DNA from: a virus | Taxonomy: Duplodnaviria; Caudoviricetes | IMG/VR virus record: IMGVR_UViG_3300005764_000050 | Location: 1 to 33,940 of that record | Length of the DNA: 33,940 nucleotides | Reading direction: 5' to 3' (one strand) | Shown here: positions 16,344 to 24,416 of the stretch, in pieces | Numbering within the stretch: position 1 is the first letter of the stretch | How the letters are laid out: the number at the start of each line of letters is the position of its first letter | Notes under the pieces: model-generated | The model's input: the letters and a program-made list of their open reading frames with translations, nothing else | Told to the model about the DNA's origin: nothing | The model's database searches: none | Program-made: the position numbers and the translations under genes

Positions 16344-16733
16344 TTACTGAATTTTTCCGAGATCGCGGATTTCGTTTCCGAGATGGTTGCATGCCGTGAG
16401 GAATTCCGGCCATTCGTCATGCGGCCAAGGAAACTCGCCGTTCTTCTCATGGAATCCTATGAGTGTCATGAAGGTCATTTCGGCGACATAACAATTCAGC
16501 AGGTGATGATCCCGGGAAAGCGCAGCCGCCCGAATGCCTGGGTGTGAAACATTCAGCCGGATGTGGATGCTGCGGTTATCCACATTTGTCGTGGTTGTGC
16601 CGAGAGTGCCATCCATATCGGTCAGCGCCGTCTCGGCGGTTACGGTGACCATCGGATATGTTATTGTTTGACTCAATCCCGGAACGTTGATCCGCGTTCC
16701 TTGCTTGCGTTGTTTTTGTTTCTTGCGTGCCAT
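16344..16733 (-). CDS. Hypothetical protein (129 aa)
   Basis: Purine-rich upstream sequence (GAAGGAAGAG), natural-looking composition, convergent with the 16117 gene. Confidence 0.5.
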   Translation of the reverse strand: MARKKQKQRKQGTRINVPGLSQTITYPMVTVTAETALTDMDGTLGTTTTNVDNRSIHIRLNVSHPGIRAAALSRDHHLLNCYVAEMTFMTLIGFHEKNGEFPWPHDEWPEFLTACNHLGNEIRDLGKIQ

Positions 16734-16818
16734 TCCGCCAGTCTCTTCCTTCGGCTAGTGTTTGTCAATATCAAAGAAAACAGAAATGGTAGAACAAGAA
16801 CATGACGGAGGAAAAATA

Positions 16819-16998
16819 ATGCCCCGGCCCAGTGTGTTGATCTGCCGACCGGCGCGGCCCTGCCGGTATTGCGGCCAGTTTCTGGACCAGCACCAGCCGC
16901 GCACGTTGCGCTGCCCGGCGGTCGCCGGACAGCAGGCCGACGCGGTAGCGACGCGCTTTACGGTGGTGCCTGATGAAGAGCAGCCAGCAACAAAGTAA
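16819..16998 (+). CDS. Small Cys/His protein (59 aa)
   Basis: RBS GGAGGA; CRYCG....H......C. Confidence 0.5.
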   Translation: MPRPSVLICRPARPCRYCGQFLDQHQPRTLRCPAVAGQQADAVATRFTVVPDEEQPATK

Positions 16999-17000
16999 GA

Positions 17001-17159
17001 TTATCCCGCTTCCTTGAGTTCCACTTCCGCCTGCAGCCAATCGCTCAGGGCATCGCCCGCCTCGCCGGTCTGCTGGCGGTTTTCCCAGATCTGTTGAGCC
17101 CGCTGGCGGATGGCTTCCTGGCGCTGCTCCAGCAAGGCGTTGTTCGTGGTGATGCTCAT
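17001..17159 (-). CDS. DUF2934-like protein (52 aa, not in the ORF track)
   Basis: RBS GAGGA. MSITTNNALLEQRQEAIRQRAQQIWENRQQTGEAGDALSDWLQAEVELKEAG* matches I..RA..IWE....G....DW..AE.EL. Confidence 0.75.
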   Translation of the reverse strand: MSITTNNALLEQRQEAIRQRAQQIWENRQQTGEAGDALSDWLQAEVELKEAG

Positions 17160-17213
17160 AAAATCCTCGCGCTCATGGTCTGCTACCGTGGATCGATGAA
17201 CGACGATCTGATT

Positions 17214-17555
17214 TCAGGGCTGCTTTTTGTCGGCATCATGTTGCAGGTCGGCGCGCTGACGCTGCTGCTGTTCGTGGCCCTGCTTCTGAGCCGTCTGACC
17301 AACCGGCTCCTGCTCTGGTTCCCCGCCCGACCGCGCGATGGCGGCATTGCTGAAAAAAATGCAGGCGTCGAGATGAGTGAGGGCGGTAGACCGTTCGGAG
17401 CCTGACGGGCACTCGGCCACGATGATCTTGGCCAGCTCCAGCGCTTTGGAGCGCAGGTTCTGGTATTGCTGGATTTGATCCGGCCTGGGCGCATGATACA
17501 TGAATCGGTGCTGCAGGCCCTCCATGGTGATTTTGTCTCTGGCATCGAGCGGCAT
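17214..17555 (-). CDS. Acb2/Tad1-like helical hairpin protein (candidate anti-defence nucleotide sponge)
   Basis: RBS GAGGAGGA. RFMYHAP..DQIQQYQNLRSKALELA..I...CPSGSERSTALTHLDACIFFSNAAIAR fits the F.YH.P...Y..R...P.sRE.S.A.T.L....NAAIAR family. Confidence 0.65.
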   Translation of the reverse strand: MPLDARDKITMEGLQHRFMYHAPRPDQIQQYQNLRSKALELAKIIVAECPSGSERSTALTHLDACIFFSNAAIARSGGEPEQEPVGQTAQKQGHEQQQRQRADLQHDADKKQP

Positions 17556-17564
17556 GATTCCTCC

Positions 17565-17837
17565 TCATGAGCGCGCGGGCATGAAACACACCGACACGCT
17601 GCCGACGGTATCGCTCGAAATCCAGACCGGATCGGTCACCGGCAGGCCGGGCGAGTACAGGTTGGTCGGCACCATGAAGCTGGTGGCGTTGTTGCCGACG
17701 GTATTCTTATCGGAAATGTAGAGCTTGCCACCAGCGGTGTTGAAGATGTACATGACCCAGTGCCCCGCGCTGGGTGGCGAAACCTGCACTGGTGTGTTGA
17801 TTGTGGAAATCGAAATCGAGTTGTAGATACCGGCCAT
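17565..17837 (-). CDS. Hypothetical beta-rich protein (90 aa)
   Basis: RBS GAGGTG; co-oriented with the downstream small genes. Confidence 0.6.
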   Translation of the reverse strand: MAGIYNSISISTINTPVQVSPPSAGHWVMYIFNTAGGKLYISDKNTVGNNATSFMVPTNLYSPGLPVTDPVWISSDTVGSVSVCFMPARS

Positions 17838-17985
17838 GAATCACCTCGCTACGAATCAAATCAAGATGGTGCCGAGGAAGGATGGCGTGGTGGTCGTGAT
17901 CACCGCGCCCGACGGCACCATCTCCTGGGACCGCATGACCTGGGAAGAATTCATGCGGCTCAGACGCGAGCTGGAGAAGGATTAG

Positions 17986-18654
17986 TTATTTGGGCTCCGG
18001 CTCCGGCTTCCCATCTTGATCCTCCGGCGGCACCAATACCCAGCCGACGCCGCGCCAGTATTGAACGGTCCATCCCTTGTCGCCGATGGCGAAGGTGGGC
18101 GGGCCCTGCTCCGGCTTATCGGGCGGCGGGGGAGGCGGTGGCTGCGGCCAGATGATGGCGATGCCGGGAGGTTTCGGTGTCGGCCACATGCCCGGCGGCT
18201 GAATCGGTCCAACGCCTGCATGCGGCGGCACCGGGTGCCCCTGGCCCCAGCCCGGATCGACCGGCGGATTGCCCCAGATTGGACCGTGCGGCGGCAATGG
18301 ATGGCCCGCACCCCAGCCCGGATCGACCGGCGGATAGTAAATCGGGCCTCCGCCGACATGCGGAGGCATGACGGGACGGCCATAGCCGGGGTCAACCGGC
18401 AACTGCCCCCAGATCGGGCCATGCGGCGGATAGATGGGGCCGGTGCTGGCATACGGGGGCAACGGATGGCCCGTACCCCAGCCTGGATCGACTGGCGGAT
18501 TGTAAATTGGCCCGCCGCCCAGGTGCGGCGGCATAACGGGGCGGCCATACCCTGGATCGACCGGCGGGCGGTAGATCGGCGGGACGGCGATGCCACCCGG
18601 CGGGATCGGCGGGATGGACTCTCCTCCGCCAATCGGAATGATTAACGCAAGCAT
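17986..18654 (-). CDS. Pro/Gly-rich repeat protein (222 aa)
   Basis: RBS GAAGGAG before ATG 18654 (MLALIIPIGGG). Five PVDPG(Y/W)G units with PPH..GGPI spacers; C-terminal GWTVQYWRGVGW. Confidence 0.65.
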   Translation of the reverse strand: MLALIIPIGGGESIPPIPPGGIAVPPIYRPPVDPGYGRPVMPPHLGGGPIYNPPVDPGWGTGHPLPPYASTGPIYPPHGPIWGQLPVDPGYGRPVMPPHVGGGPIYYPPVDPGWGAGHPLPPHGPIWGNPPVDPGWGQGHPVPPHAGVGPIQPPGMWPTPKPPGIAIIWPQPPPPPPPDKPEQGPPTFAIGDKGWTVQYWRGVGWVLVPPEDQDGKPEPEPK

Positions 18655-18834
18655 GGTGTGCTTCTCCTTCCAAAATTTTTGAAATGGAAAATTCATGTGC
18701 GTCGCGCGGATTGGCGACGACCATGTGCACGCCGCGCGAATGGCGGCGGTTGAGATCCACTCCATGCTACTCCCATTCGGCTTCAAATTGGTGTAGAGAT
18801 AATTGGTAAAATCGGCGCTGAAAGCGAGGATTCA

Positions 18835-19356
18835 ATGGCTGCTACAACGCTACCCGCCCAGCCCGGCATCCAGGGCAACGGCCCGGAAACGCCGGTCCAG
18901 TTGGCCGCGCCTTCGGGCATCGGCGATTTGTCGCTCGATCCCGACGCCATTCAGGGCACGCACTTCACGGGCCCGGTATTGAGCGGTCCCAACGATCAGG
19001 TCTGGGGTATCGCGCCCCTGTTCAAGCGCGCTAAGTTCACCGTTAGCAACGGCAGCTTCAACATCCCGATCCTGCTGCCCAACTCGGCTATTCCGCTGGC
19101 GGTCTACACGCAGATCGAGCAAAGCTTCAACGGCACCACGCCCACCTTGCAGTACGAGGCATCGCAGGGCGGCGCGCTGATGATCGGCGCGGCCATCGAC
19201 CTGAGCCAGACGCCCCGGCTGGTCACCACGCCCATCACCGGCGTTATCACCAGCTCCTGGACCATCTGGATGCACGTCACCCTGACCGCCGCGACTCTGG
19301 GCAAGGCCACCGTGATGCTGCTCTACAGCGTGCCTGCCAAGGCACTGCCGTCATGA
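18835..19356 (+). CDS. Putative virion structural protein (173 aa)
   Basis: RBS GAGGA; THFTGPVLSG motif (T.F.GPV, seen in capsid-associated proteins of this phage type); beta-rich; followed by a terminator. Confidence 0.6.
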   Translation: MAATTLPAQPGIQGNGPETPVQLAAPSGIGDLSLDPDAIQGTHFTGPVLSGPNDQVWGIAPLFKRAKFTVSNGSFNIPILLPNSAIPLAVYTQIEQSFNGTTPTLQYEASQGGALMIGAAIDLSQTPRLVTTPITGVITSSWTIWMHVTLTAATLGKATVMLLYSVPAKALPS

Positions 19357-19409
19357 TAGGCTGAATCCGAGTAACGACATCCTTTCACTGGTGGTTTCCT
19401 TTCTTCTGG

Positions 19410-19450
19410 ACCAGGGGCCGGGCGGCTTTCAGCCGGTCCCTGGTTTTTTT
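19410..19450 (+). terminator. Rho-independent terminator
   Basis: ACCAGGGGCCGG..CCGGTCCCTGGT stem followed by TTTTTT. Confidence 0.8.
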
Positions 19451-19538
19451 GTTGGGGTGAAACCGCGAAACCGCTTAAAGCGCCTAAACGTCATAAATTA
19501 GGCTATAGGGGCCTTAATGCGTTAGGGGAGAAAAGTAA

Positions 19539-19871
19539 TTGAGTAAAAACCATCGCCGCCGACTGAAACCAGGAGAAAAGCGCTGGGAATTCGTGGAAAA
19601 ACCGCGCCGCGCGACGGCCACGGTGATTGCACCCGGCGGTTCCCGGTGCGAGGTTAAAGCCAAAGGCCGGTACTTCAGCCTGAACGAACTGGAGGTACTG
19701 GTGGATGGCCGCATCGCGCGTATCCCACTTTGGCACCACCTCGATTTGATCGTAAACCGGGAAGACCAGCTTTCCGGTCTTTCACCATATAAGATGACTG
19801 GTAAGTTGGCTCACAATGCCGTCAGGCTTAATTGTTGGATGTGGGAAGGATGGTGCGGGCCGGAGGGATAA
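19539..19871 (+). CDS. Hypothetical protein, DUF3846-like
   Basis: FSLNELEVLVDGRIARIPL...LIVNRE....GL resembles the L.ELq..VgG.Ie...vNEeG pattern. TTG start after GGGGAG. Confidence 0.4.
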   Translation: MSKNHRRRLKPGEKRWEFVEKPRRATATVIAPGGSRCEVKAKGRYFSLNELEVLVDGRIARIPLWHHLDLIVNREDQLSGLSPYKMTGKLAHNAVRLNCWMWEGWCGPEG

Positions 19872-19877
19872 AGCCCC

Positions 19878-22800
19878 TTAATCCGCAGCGCGAGATTCGT
19901 TCTTCATCAAAGAAGGCAGCAAAAACGCCCCGGCCACCCCAGGCAAAAAAGCTCCGCTCCTGAGCGCCGCGCGCAGGCCGTCCAGGCCGCTCTTTTGCAC
20001 GGTGTCGAGCAGGTTCATCAGGTCCTTGCGGACGGGCGTTTTCTTTTTGGCGTTGTAGTAGCTGTACTTCTCCATGGTGTCGCCCGCGACTTCACGGATG
20101 TCCTGATTCAGCCGGGCGTAGGCGTCGGGCGACATCTGATCGGCATACTGGAAGAACTTTTTCGTCACTTCACCCGATCCCGGCTTGTTGGCCCATTCGT
20201 TGGCGAAATTGACATAAGCTCCAACATTCTCAGCCGGAATGTATTTTTCGCCTTTGAAAATTTTCACCATGTCGTCAGCTTCCGCGCGACTGATGACGTT
20301 ATCCAGACCCAGCACATGAATGTCCGGCCCGCTGCTGGCAAAGGCGTATTGCGGATATTTTTTGGCTGCCTGCCGGATGCGGCGTTCGGTAGTCTCCGCT
20401 TCCAGCGGGATGCGCAGGTTGCGTATATCCGCCGATTCACCTTTGAGGGGCGGAACGGACGGCACCAGGATATTGCCGCCGACTCCTTCCTGCGCGCCGA
20501 TCATGCCGTGCGCCGCCATGGCTCCTTCCCAATCGGCTCGCGTTTGCGGGTCAATCGTCGGTTCCCAGGTTCCCACAAACGGCACCGGCTGTTCGGGAGT
20601 TCCCACCGGCGGCTGCCAGCCCAGCTTGACCTCATGGGGCAAGGCCCGGCCCGGCTGGCTCTCCACCTGCCCCTTGGAATTGACATACGCGCCCTGGACA
20701 TTGCGGGTCGGAACCGTGGCCAGCCCGCTGGCGGTCTGCATGATGTCGCGACCCTGATAATCCGTTTTCGGTATGTGCAGCGCGCTGGTGACATACTCCC
20801 GGGTACCGCGCGGATCTTTGAGCAGGGCAGGCAGATGGCCGGTGCTCGCTCCCGGCATCTCTTCCAGGTTGGTGACACCCAGCGCGCGTTCGGGATAGAG
20901 TGCGTTCATCTGCGCTTCGCGCATCTGATCCAGGGCCCGCAGGTGTCCGGTAAAGCGGGACATGTTTTCCTCTTTCGGCTTCTGGTATTGCACGGCCTCA
21001 CCGGTCCAGGCTTTGGGAACTTCAAATAATTTGGCCCGGGTCTCACGGTCCCGCATCTGCATCAGGTCGCCTATCGTACCAGCGGTCTCATGCAGCAGAT
21101 TCTGTTGCGAAGGCGTCAGGTCGGCGCGCTGTACCTGAAACTGGAAGGGATTCTGCTGCAGCTTGGCCAATTGCTCTTCTTTGCCGGAACGCCGGAGAAT
21201 GTCGGCATATTTCCCCTGAGTCAACAACGTCGAGAAGTCCGGCGTGCCGCGCACTACTTCTGACGTGAGCAAGCCGCGATCCAGCACTTCGCGCGGGTCG
21301 ATGTTGTACTTGCGCGCCTGTTCATACAGTTTAAGGGCAACACTCCAGATTGCCTCCTGGCCCTGGCTGGGGTACATGCCTGCCAGCGCCGCGCCATGGC
21401 GCAGGCGTGCGCTGGTAGCCGCATAGCCCAGACCGATGCCGGGATTGCCTTTAGCGACGTTGACTCCCTGGCCCTTGAACAGGTCCTGGGCCACGCCGAA
21501 AGAATTGGCCATCCAGGCATCATTGGCCACGCGGAATACGTCATCGCGCAGGTTATGGGCAAACGAATCGACCTTGGGGCCGGAGATGGTCAGCTCCATG
21601 GGATTCTCTGCCGAGAGCGCTGCGACGGCATTGTCCTTCCAGGCGGGCAAAATACTCTGTTCTCCCTTATTGCCCTGGACGCTTTGACCCATGATCTTCA
21701 GAATCGATTCCCTGTCGCGTGGCCGACCTTGCGCCGTCCAATTCCGCCAGATGTTGAGTGTGTTGATCAGGTTGCTTTCCACACTGGTCTGCGGACTGGT
21801 GGCGGCCATCAGTTGGGCCACGCGCGGCGCATCGCTGCCGAACACATCCATCAGGGCCTGGGACGAACCGCGATACCAGCCCAGCTTGGGTGCGCCCGCA
21901 GTGGCGGTGGCCGCCATCTTCTCGGCGGTCGGCAGAACGCGCAGCAGACGGTTCATGGCCTCAATATTTTCGGGCCGCGAGACCAGCCTGCTAGCCTCCA
22001 GCGGCATCATGTAGGGCGCGATTTCCCGAATCTCGGGGCTGATTTGCTGCGCTTGTCCGAAAGCTTCCATTTCCTTCGGTGTCAGTTTCTCCTGGCGCAT
22101 CTGAGCCAGCAAGTCACGGATCTGGTTGGCGCGGTCGGTGACGGCGGCTTCGCCCTGGGCCCAGGTGCCCGATCCCAGGCGCGCGCCGGTGATGTCGGCA
22201 GACCGGTATAGTTGGGGCGTGTTTTCGGTGGCGGTGATGGCCCGGCTCAACAGGCCTGCTTCAGGTGCCGCGCCTTCCATCATCCGGGTGCCTGCTTCTA
22301 CGGCCCCTTTGGCACCTTTGAGTATTTTGCCGGGCGGAATGACGGTGGCGGCCAGCAGAGCCGCTTCCAGGCCGCTCTCCGGCGGTTTGGGAATGATGTC
22401 GGACAGCTCCATCGGCGAGCCGCCGGTGGTGGGCATGGCGAAGGGCTCGTTAGCCTTCTCATAGGCCGTCCGCGCTGCTTCCACTTCCGGCCTGAACTGC
22501 ATCTTTTGCGACATCGTGCTGGACAAGCCGGTATCGATACCGGTATCGTCACTGCCCAGACCCGAACGGCCACTGGGGGCAGGCATCCAATCCGGTTGCT
22601 CGCGCGAGGGCGCGAGCATCTGGGGCGCGTTGGACGGCCTGGGGCCCTGGCGCAGTTCCAGCGGCTGGTTCTGATTCAGACCCAGATTGAGGCGGAAAGT
22701 GCCCAACCGACGATTCTGCAGATTGTTCAGGTAGTCGTCGTCGCCGGTATCTACGTCGCCGCCGTCATCGAAGCGGATGGGGCCGCCTTTGGCGTACTGC

Positions 22801-24416
22801 GGCTTATCGTAGGACTCGGGCTGTTGGCCGGTGACGTGAATGAAGCCCGGCGCTTGCTGGGCGGCGGCGGCTTTACCGAAGCGCGCCGCCAGCCGCGCCT
22901 TGGCGGCCAGCTCGCCGACCGCCCGGGGGGACATGCCAAACAGGCCCAGTAGAACTTTCGGGTCGTGCAGGATGGCGGCGGAGCTGCCCACGCCCGCGCC
23001 CAGGGAGGCCGCATGGAGCGCGCCGACAATGCCGCGCGGCATCATCGGGCTCAGGCGCGTGCCCGCGATCATACCCACCAGATCTTTGTTGGTGTAGCCG
23101 TCCAGGGCCTCCAGCAACAGGCGGCGGTACTCGTTGTTCTGCTTGAGCGAGCCCGCCAGCTTGCGGATCGCGGTGCCGTCATTTCTGGCGTTGAGCGACA
23201 GTTCGGTCAGGTTGTCCACGAAGTCCGACATTTCGGCGTAGTTCCTGGTCATCGCCTTGTAGCCGGGCACGGTGTTGAGCTGATCGCGCACGCTGCCTTT
23301 GATGCGGGTGACAAAGGCATGGGCATCGCTATTGTCGAAGATCAGGTTGTCCATGCGGCGTTTCAGGTTATCCATGCCCAGGGTGTCGGTGCGCTGCCAG
23401 CGGGCCAGATCGTCCACTACCGACTGGATCTGATCCTGCGCGGCCTTGATGTTGATCGGCGAGTGCGAGAAGTCCAGAACCAGCCCGCCGGTCTGGGGAT
23501 TCAGCGTCGGTACGATGTCGAAATCCTTCAACGCCCGCAGCGTTTCAGACTTGATCGGATTGAGATTCAGTTGCACGTTCGGCAGTTGATTGCGCAGATG
23601 CAGATAATCGGCTGACCGCTTAGCCTTCACATAGCTTGCGGCATCGCGGGTAGCTCCCAGGACCTGGGCCTCGGTGATATCGCCTCTCATGGCGGCCATC
23701 AGCTCCGGCGTCGGATTGGTGGCGGCGCGTTCCACCGCATAGCCGCCCACCCCGGTGCTCATGCCGGTGCCTTCGGCCAGGATCCTGCCAATGACCGGCA
23801 ACAGGGCGGTGGTGGCGGCGGTGCCTAAGGCAGAGGCACGCGCGGCGTTTGGGTCGCCGCCGCTTTGCACATAGGTGATTCCGGCAGCCGGGACCGCTTC
23901 CAGGGCGGCCTTGCCCGCCGTTCTTACCAGCCACGGTGCCTTGGCGGTGTCGATCAGTTTTCCGATTTGGGTGACTCTCTTCGCGGGTGCCAGAAATTCC
24001 GCGCCCTGCTCCACCGGCTGCGTAATCTCTCCCCAGCCGGTTACCGTGGGAGGGGTGGCATACTTCTCGGGGAGTTCGGGGATCGCGGGGATATATTTGT
24101 GCGCGATCTGTGAGGCACCGCGCACGGTTTTCGCCGGGCCGGAGCCGATGCCCTGGATGCCCTCGATGAAGGGTTCGGTCCAGGGGAGATTCTTTTGCAG
24201 GCTTTGCATCCAGGGATCGTTTTCGTAACCGGCCCTGGCTTTTCTGGTCAGCTCGTCGCTGTACTGCTGGAAGTTGTCCTGGAAGAATTTCTCTTCCTCC
24301 GGGTTGGCCGGTGGCGGCGAGCCGGTTGGCAGAATAGGGGGCGCTCCCGGCCTGGGCGGAGTGAACGATTTGAAAAAATCCTCTTCGGCCTGCGGGTTCT
24401 GATCTTCTTCGGTCAT
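19878..24416 (-). CDS. Very large putative internal virion / DNA ejection (polyvalent) protein, 1512 aa
   Basis: Long ORF coupled (ATGA) to the transglycosylase gene. Ala/Gly-rich helical N-half and a central WY...AATSPQ...N...GPKV.SF..NL....V.ND.WM domain. Confidence 0.7.
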   Translation of the reverse strand: MTEEDQNPQAEEDFFKSFTPPRPGAPPILPTGSPPPANPEEEKFFQDNFQQYSDELTRKARAGYENDPWMQSLQKNLPWTEPFIEGIQGIGSGPAKTVRGASQIAHKYIPAIPELPEKYATPPTVTGWGEITQPVEQGAEFLAPAKRVTQIGKLIDTAKAPWLVRTAGKAALEAVPAAGITYVQSGGDPNAARASALGTAATTALLPVIGRILAEGTGMSTGVGGYAVERAATNPTPELMAAMRGDITEAQVLGATRDAASYVKAKRSADYLHLRNQLPNVQLNLNPIKSETLRALKDFDIVPTLNPQTGGLVLDFSHSPINIKAAQDQIQSVVDDLARWQRTDTLGMDNLKRRMDNLIFDNSDAHAFVTRIKGSVRDQLNTVPGYKAMTRNYAEMSDFVDNLTELSLNARNDGTAIRKLAGSLKQNNEYRRLLLEALDGYTNKDLVGMIAGTRLSPMMPRGIVGALHAASLGAGVGSSAAILHDPKVLLGLFGMSPRAVGELAAKARLAARFGKAAAAQQAPGFIHVTGQQPESYDKPQYAKGGPIRFDDGGDVDTGDDDYLNNLQNRRLGTFRLNLGLNQNQPLELRQGPRPSNAPQMLAPSREQPDWMPAPSGRSGLGSDDTGIDTGLSSTMSQKMQFRPEVEAARTAYEKANEPFAMPTTGGSPMELSDIIPKPPESGLEAALLAATVIPPGKILKGAKGAVEAGTRMMEGAAPEAGLLSRAITATENTPQLYRSADITGARLGSGTWAQGEAAVTDRANQIRDLLAQMRQEKLTPKEMEAFGQAQQISPEIREIAPYMMPLEASRLVSRPENIEAMNRLLRVLPTAEKMAATATAGAPKLGWYRGSSQALMDVFGSDAPRVAQLMAATSPQTSVESNLINTLNIWRNWTAQGRPRDRESILKIMGQSVQGNKGEQSILPAWKDNAVAALSAENPMELTISGPKVDSFAHNLRDDVFRVANDAWMANSFGVAQDLFKGQGVNVAKGNPGIGLGYAATSARLRHGAALAGMYPSQGQEAIWSVALKLYEQARKYNIDPREVLDRGLLTSEVVRGTPDFSTLLTQGKYADILRRSGKEEQLAKLQQNPFQFQVQRADLTPSQQNLLHETAGTIGDLMQMRDRETRAKLFEVPKAWTGEAVQYQKPKEENMSRFTGHLRALDQMREAQMNALYPERALGVTNLEEMPGASTGHLPALLKDPRGTREYVTSALHIPKTDYQGRDIMQTASGLATVPTRNVQGAYVNSKGQVESQPGRALPHEVKLGWQPPVGTPEQPVPFVGTWEPTIDPQTRADWEGAMAAHGMIGAQEGVGGNILVPSVPPLKGESADIRNLRIPLEAETTERRIRQAAKKYPQYAFASSGPDIHVLGLDNVISRAEADDMVKIFKGEKYIPAENVGAYVNFANEWANKPGSGEVTKKFFQYADQMSPDAYARLNQDIREVAGDTMEKYSYYNAKKKTPVRKDLMNLLDTVQKSGLDGLRAALRSGAFLPGVAGAFLLPSLMKNESRAAD

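Noticed and set aside
16329-16547. 72-aa plus-strand ORF with a GGAGGA-like upstream sequence
   Set aside because: Overlaps the longer 16344-16733 minus-strand ORF, and the apparent RBS is just the Glu codons of the preceding gene. Unresolved, so not listed.
19460-19503. AAA-phased 8-9 bp degenerate repeats after the terminator
   Set aside because: Only five highly diverged units; cannot be distinguished from chance without homologs.
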